A stretch of DNA of 32,000 bases from assembly GCA_018985225.1 (NCBI GenBank), contig JADGIF010000017.1:8693-40692 (forward strand), read 5' to 3'. The DNA is from Amoeboradix gromovi X-113 (lineage: Eukaryota > Fungi > Sanchytriomycota). Both the position numbers and the translations under genes were made by a program. Below the pieces are notes generated by a model, which saw only the letters and a list, made by a program, of their open reading frames with translations, did no database searches and was not told where the DNA came from. Positions 29,332 through 32,000 of this stretch are shown here, piece by piece (the first letter of the stretch is position 1; every line of letters starts with the position of its first letter).

Positions 29332-31105
29332 ATGAATATTGTTGAAATAACAGAACAGTATATGTTGCTGTTGGAAAACAACATGAATGATTTAATAGCA
29401 ACCAAAAAGTTCATACGCGATAAACAAAAAATAGACCTTGAGTATAGTACCAAAATTAGACAAATATGCCAGATTGAAAAAAAGGAAAAAAAGGAAGATG
29501 GGTTTGAGCTTGGATTAACAAATATGCTAATGACTAGTACTTTGCAATGTCTTACATTGACAGAGAATCTGAATGAAAATTTGAAGGAGGGAATCCACGT
29601 TAGCTTAAAGAAATACTCAGATGTTTATGAACAAAGATTAAAGAAAATTAATGAGATAACCAGCACTGTAATGGAGATGGTAAATGCTAGCGATTTGCTG
29701 AGAGAAACTGAAAAGGCTGGATACACCGAAGAATTTGAAAGATGCACCCAACTAAAGAGTAAGCAACGAAAACAGGAAGAAAAGGCTGTGATTACATCAA
29801 AATTTAAAAATTATCTTTCCAGCACGCAAACACTTAAACTTTTGAATACAGAAAAATTGGAAATGTTAAATGCTAGGAACAGATATTATCTAGCTAGTCT
29901 TTATCACCAAGGTGTTCTAAACCAAAGCAAAATTGAATTTTTCCCATTTTACGTTAAACAACTAGAAGTTATTCATGACGATTTTATAGATAATAGAAAG
30001 TACTTTAGTGACAATATACTCGAATCTCAAATTATGCATTTGGATGAGACCTCTACCATTCTAAAGAAGATCAAAGATACCCCGTCATTAATGGATGATC
30101 CATCAGTGTTAGTTCGCCTGTTTCTTGACATTCCTAGCAAAGAAGCAGTTGGTAAGATTAATGCTAGGTATTTAGATGTAGCAGATCTAAAAGAACTTTG
30201 CAAAGTAAATGACGCAGATATTTATGATTTTGGTTTAAACGCATTCTCACCAGCTGCTTTTCTGATGTTAGAGAACATTTACAGTAAAGCGCAAACTATA
30301 CACAAGGAGATATCTGTTAAACTAACAGGACAAACACGGAACATCGACATTGGACAAAAGAAATTTTTAGGACTTAAAGAGGTCGAGTTTTATAAATTAG
30401 TTAATGACAATGAGCTAGATCAGCTACATACCATATGCAAAAAGATGATAGATATAGCTGTTCTGCATGGTTACGAACTTCAAGCAGATGAATTAGAAAA
30501 ATTTTTTAACACCAAAGATATGATGCCTGACAAACCTTCGGAATGGCATGCATTTGAGGATTGCCATTTTAAAAAGATTGTCGAATGTCAAGGGTGTAAA
30601 GCCAAGTTATGGGGGCGAGGGTTAAAGTGCAAACATTGTCGTACAAATATTCATACTAAATGTGAGACAAAAGCAGAAAACAACTGTGAAGAAATGCGAA
30701 AGAAAGTCATGTCTACTGCTGATTCTGAAGAGTTCACAGCTGCTACTAGATCGGAAATGTCATCCAATACTTTGGGGAAACTTGAATTAGCAGTCTCGGA
30801 AGAATTTCTCAGCAAATTTGCATACGCCAAGGTAGATATAGAAGTTGAAAATGGTAATACGTTTTAATTTAGAAAGTGGGAAAACTATCATAGCCCAGGG
30901 AAACATGGTTGAGATTGTTGACACTGAGCAAAGTACAGGAAAAGTTAAAATTAGGTTTGAAGACAAAACTTATTTTACTTCCGGCACATACTTGTCGCAA
31001 ATGGATAAGTCTTCAAGTAACAGTACAAACCCACTCGATAAAGCCAAGATTTCCAGATCTAGGGGATCCAGTGTCAGCCAAAGACTATCATCCATAAGAT
31101 CATGA
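29332..31105 (+). CDS. F-BAR + C1 + degenerate SH3 protein (Bzz1-like); exons 29332-30853, 30873-31105; 5' end uncertain
   Basis: FCH-like FIRDKQKIDLEYSTKI, ARNRYYL, C1 domain HAFEDCHFKKIVECQGCKAKLWGRGLKCKHCRTNIHTKC, and an SH3-like region completed by splicing. Confidence 0.78.
30854..30872 (+). other. 19-nt spliceosomal intron (GTAATACGTTTTAATTTAG)
   Basis: GT-AG; removal fuses ORFs 29314-30867 and 30845-31105 in frame (VENESGKT). Confidence 0.8.
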
Positions 31106-31245
31106 AATAAATTTAATTTACATTCACAAAGCATAGCCCTCAGATGTCTCAAGATTGTGGTACCTAAGACAACCAGCCGACTAACCAGTTTTTACAGAAG
31201 TACGCCATATTTTATCATTTACAAGTCGGCGAAATAGTTTTACTC

Positions 31246-31728
31246 CCGTTAAAAGTCCTGATTTCCGAGAAATCGTGAATTTCCACAGAGAAACTAGCAA
31301 TGCTAGATGCTCCCTTACAGTGATTGCTCACGCTTTCAGTACCCTGAGGCGGGTTTGAACAAGGATGCAGATATTTGATGTATATGTTCCTTGCTGCCAT
31401 GTGGTCTCTATCTATCTCCAAATGACACTTTGTACAAGTGTAGGTCTCCAAGTTGGTTTTCTTATAGGACCACATCTTGTACATGTCTGACTAGTAAACG
31501 CTTCATTACATTCAACCATCGTTTTTCCTCTTTGTTTACACTAGAACTTCAAGCGTTCCTTGAATGTGTAATGGGACACTGTAGCCATATTTCTTGCGAC
31601 CTTGCTCGACAAGGTACTTATCATTTGACTAGTATTGAACGATGGCAAGTATATCAGATCATATGTATTTGTATGCTGTACCTGTTGATTATTTATTTAG
31701 AATTGACATGTTCAGAATAATATTCATT
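31246..31728 (-). mobile_element. IS607/Fanzor2 deletion derivative, copy D (left end missing)
   Basis: Short TnpA HTH piece joined to TNTYDLIYLPSFNTSQMISTLSSKVARNMATVSHYTFKERLKF*CKQRG...NEAFTSQTC...DRDHMAARNI. Stop at 31541-31543 plus a 1-nt frameshift; right end TTTTAACGG. Confidence 0.9.
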
Positions 31729-31732
31729 AATT

Positions 31733-32000
31733 GGGACATGCTCTGTACATACTAGACTAGACAATTTGTATCGAAATTTCAAAAATAAACAAAAGGGTCA
31801 TCAAATATAAAAACTGGACTAACTTTCTGTAACAACTTGGAACATTATTTTAGCTTTATTAATTTTATGGATTTAAGAGGCGAGTGGACATTCAGCTAGT
31901 TGCGTAGTTGACGAGTATGAAAAGAAAATAAATAACTTTTTGTATCGAAATTTCAAAAATAAATATTCTGTACAGCTATTCTCTTACTCTTTCATCCAAT
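31733..32000 (+). mobile_element. Nested left ends of the GGGACACC-TIR family (degenerate TIR at 31733, second TIR at 31795)
   Basis: 31795-31990 is highly similar to 12077-12270; GGGACATGCTCTGTACATACTAGACTA at 31733 resembles the TIR. Confidence 0.8.

Noticed and set aside
18716-31720. Recurrent small ORFs such as LLVISLDLTYSG / GIERHLILPCLDQ (18716, 19247, 24062, 31391) as a novel peptide family
   Set aside because: They are the antisense reading of the TnpA/Fanzor fragments in the repeated element.
10769-31728. Bacterial contamination or chimeric assembly explaining the Fic and IS607-like sequence
   Set aside because: The elements are interspersed among intron-containing eukaryotic genes, have similar base composition, and show the Fanzor-type rearranged RuvC.

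Overview
AT-rich, very gene-dense eukaryotic DNA, most likely from an early-diverging fungus (inferred from a myosin-chitin synthase, a group III G-alpha, SNF7, DBP9, RFC4 and a BZZ1-like gene). Conserved genes are separated by as little as 16-44 bp and are interrupted by 19-20 nt GT-AG introns, all with an A at position -6. Two mobile-element families fill the spaces between genes. (1) Four internally deleted copies of an IS607-type element (18502-18960, 19195-19726, 23786-24253, 31246-31728). Each joins the start of a TnpA serine-recombinase HTH to the C-terminus of a Fanzor2 (eukaryotic TnpB) RNA-guided nuclease. Each keeps a structured ~120-nt right end (putative omegaRNA) followed by a different flanking guide, and the ends are CGG-type. 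More decayed Fanzor remnants lie at 2-322 and possibly 1555-1740. (2) A GGGACACCAAATATAAAAACT-TIR DNA transposon family with variable interiors, one arrangement of which brackets an intact Fic-domain gene. Also present are two paralogous Tyr-Gly repeat surface proteins and a VWD-EGF surface protein. All calls come from manual reading and motif recognition; no database searches were run.
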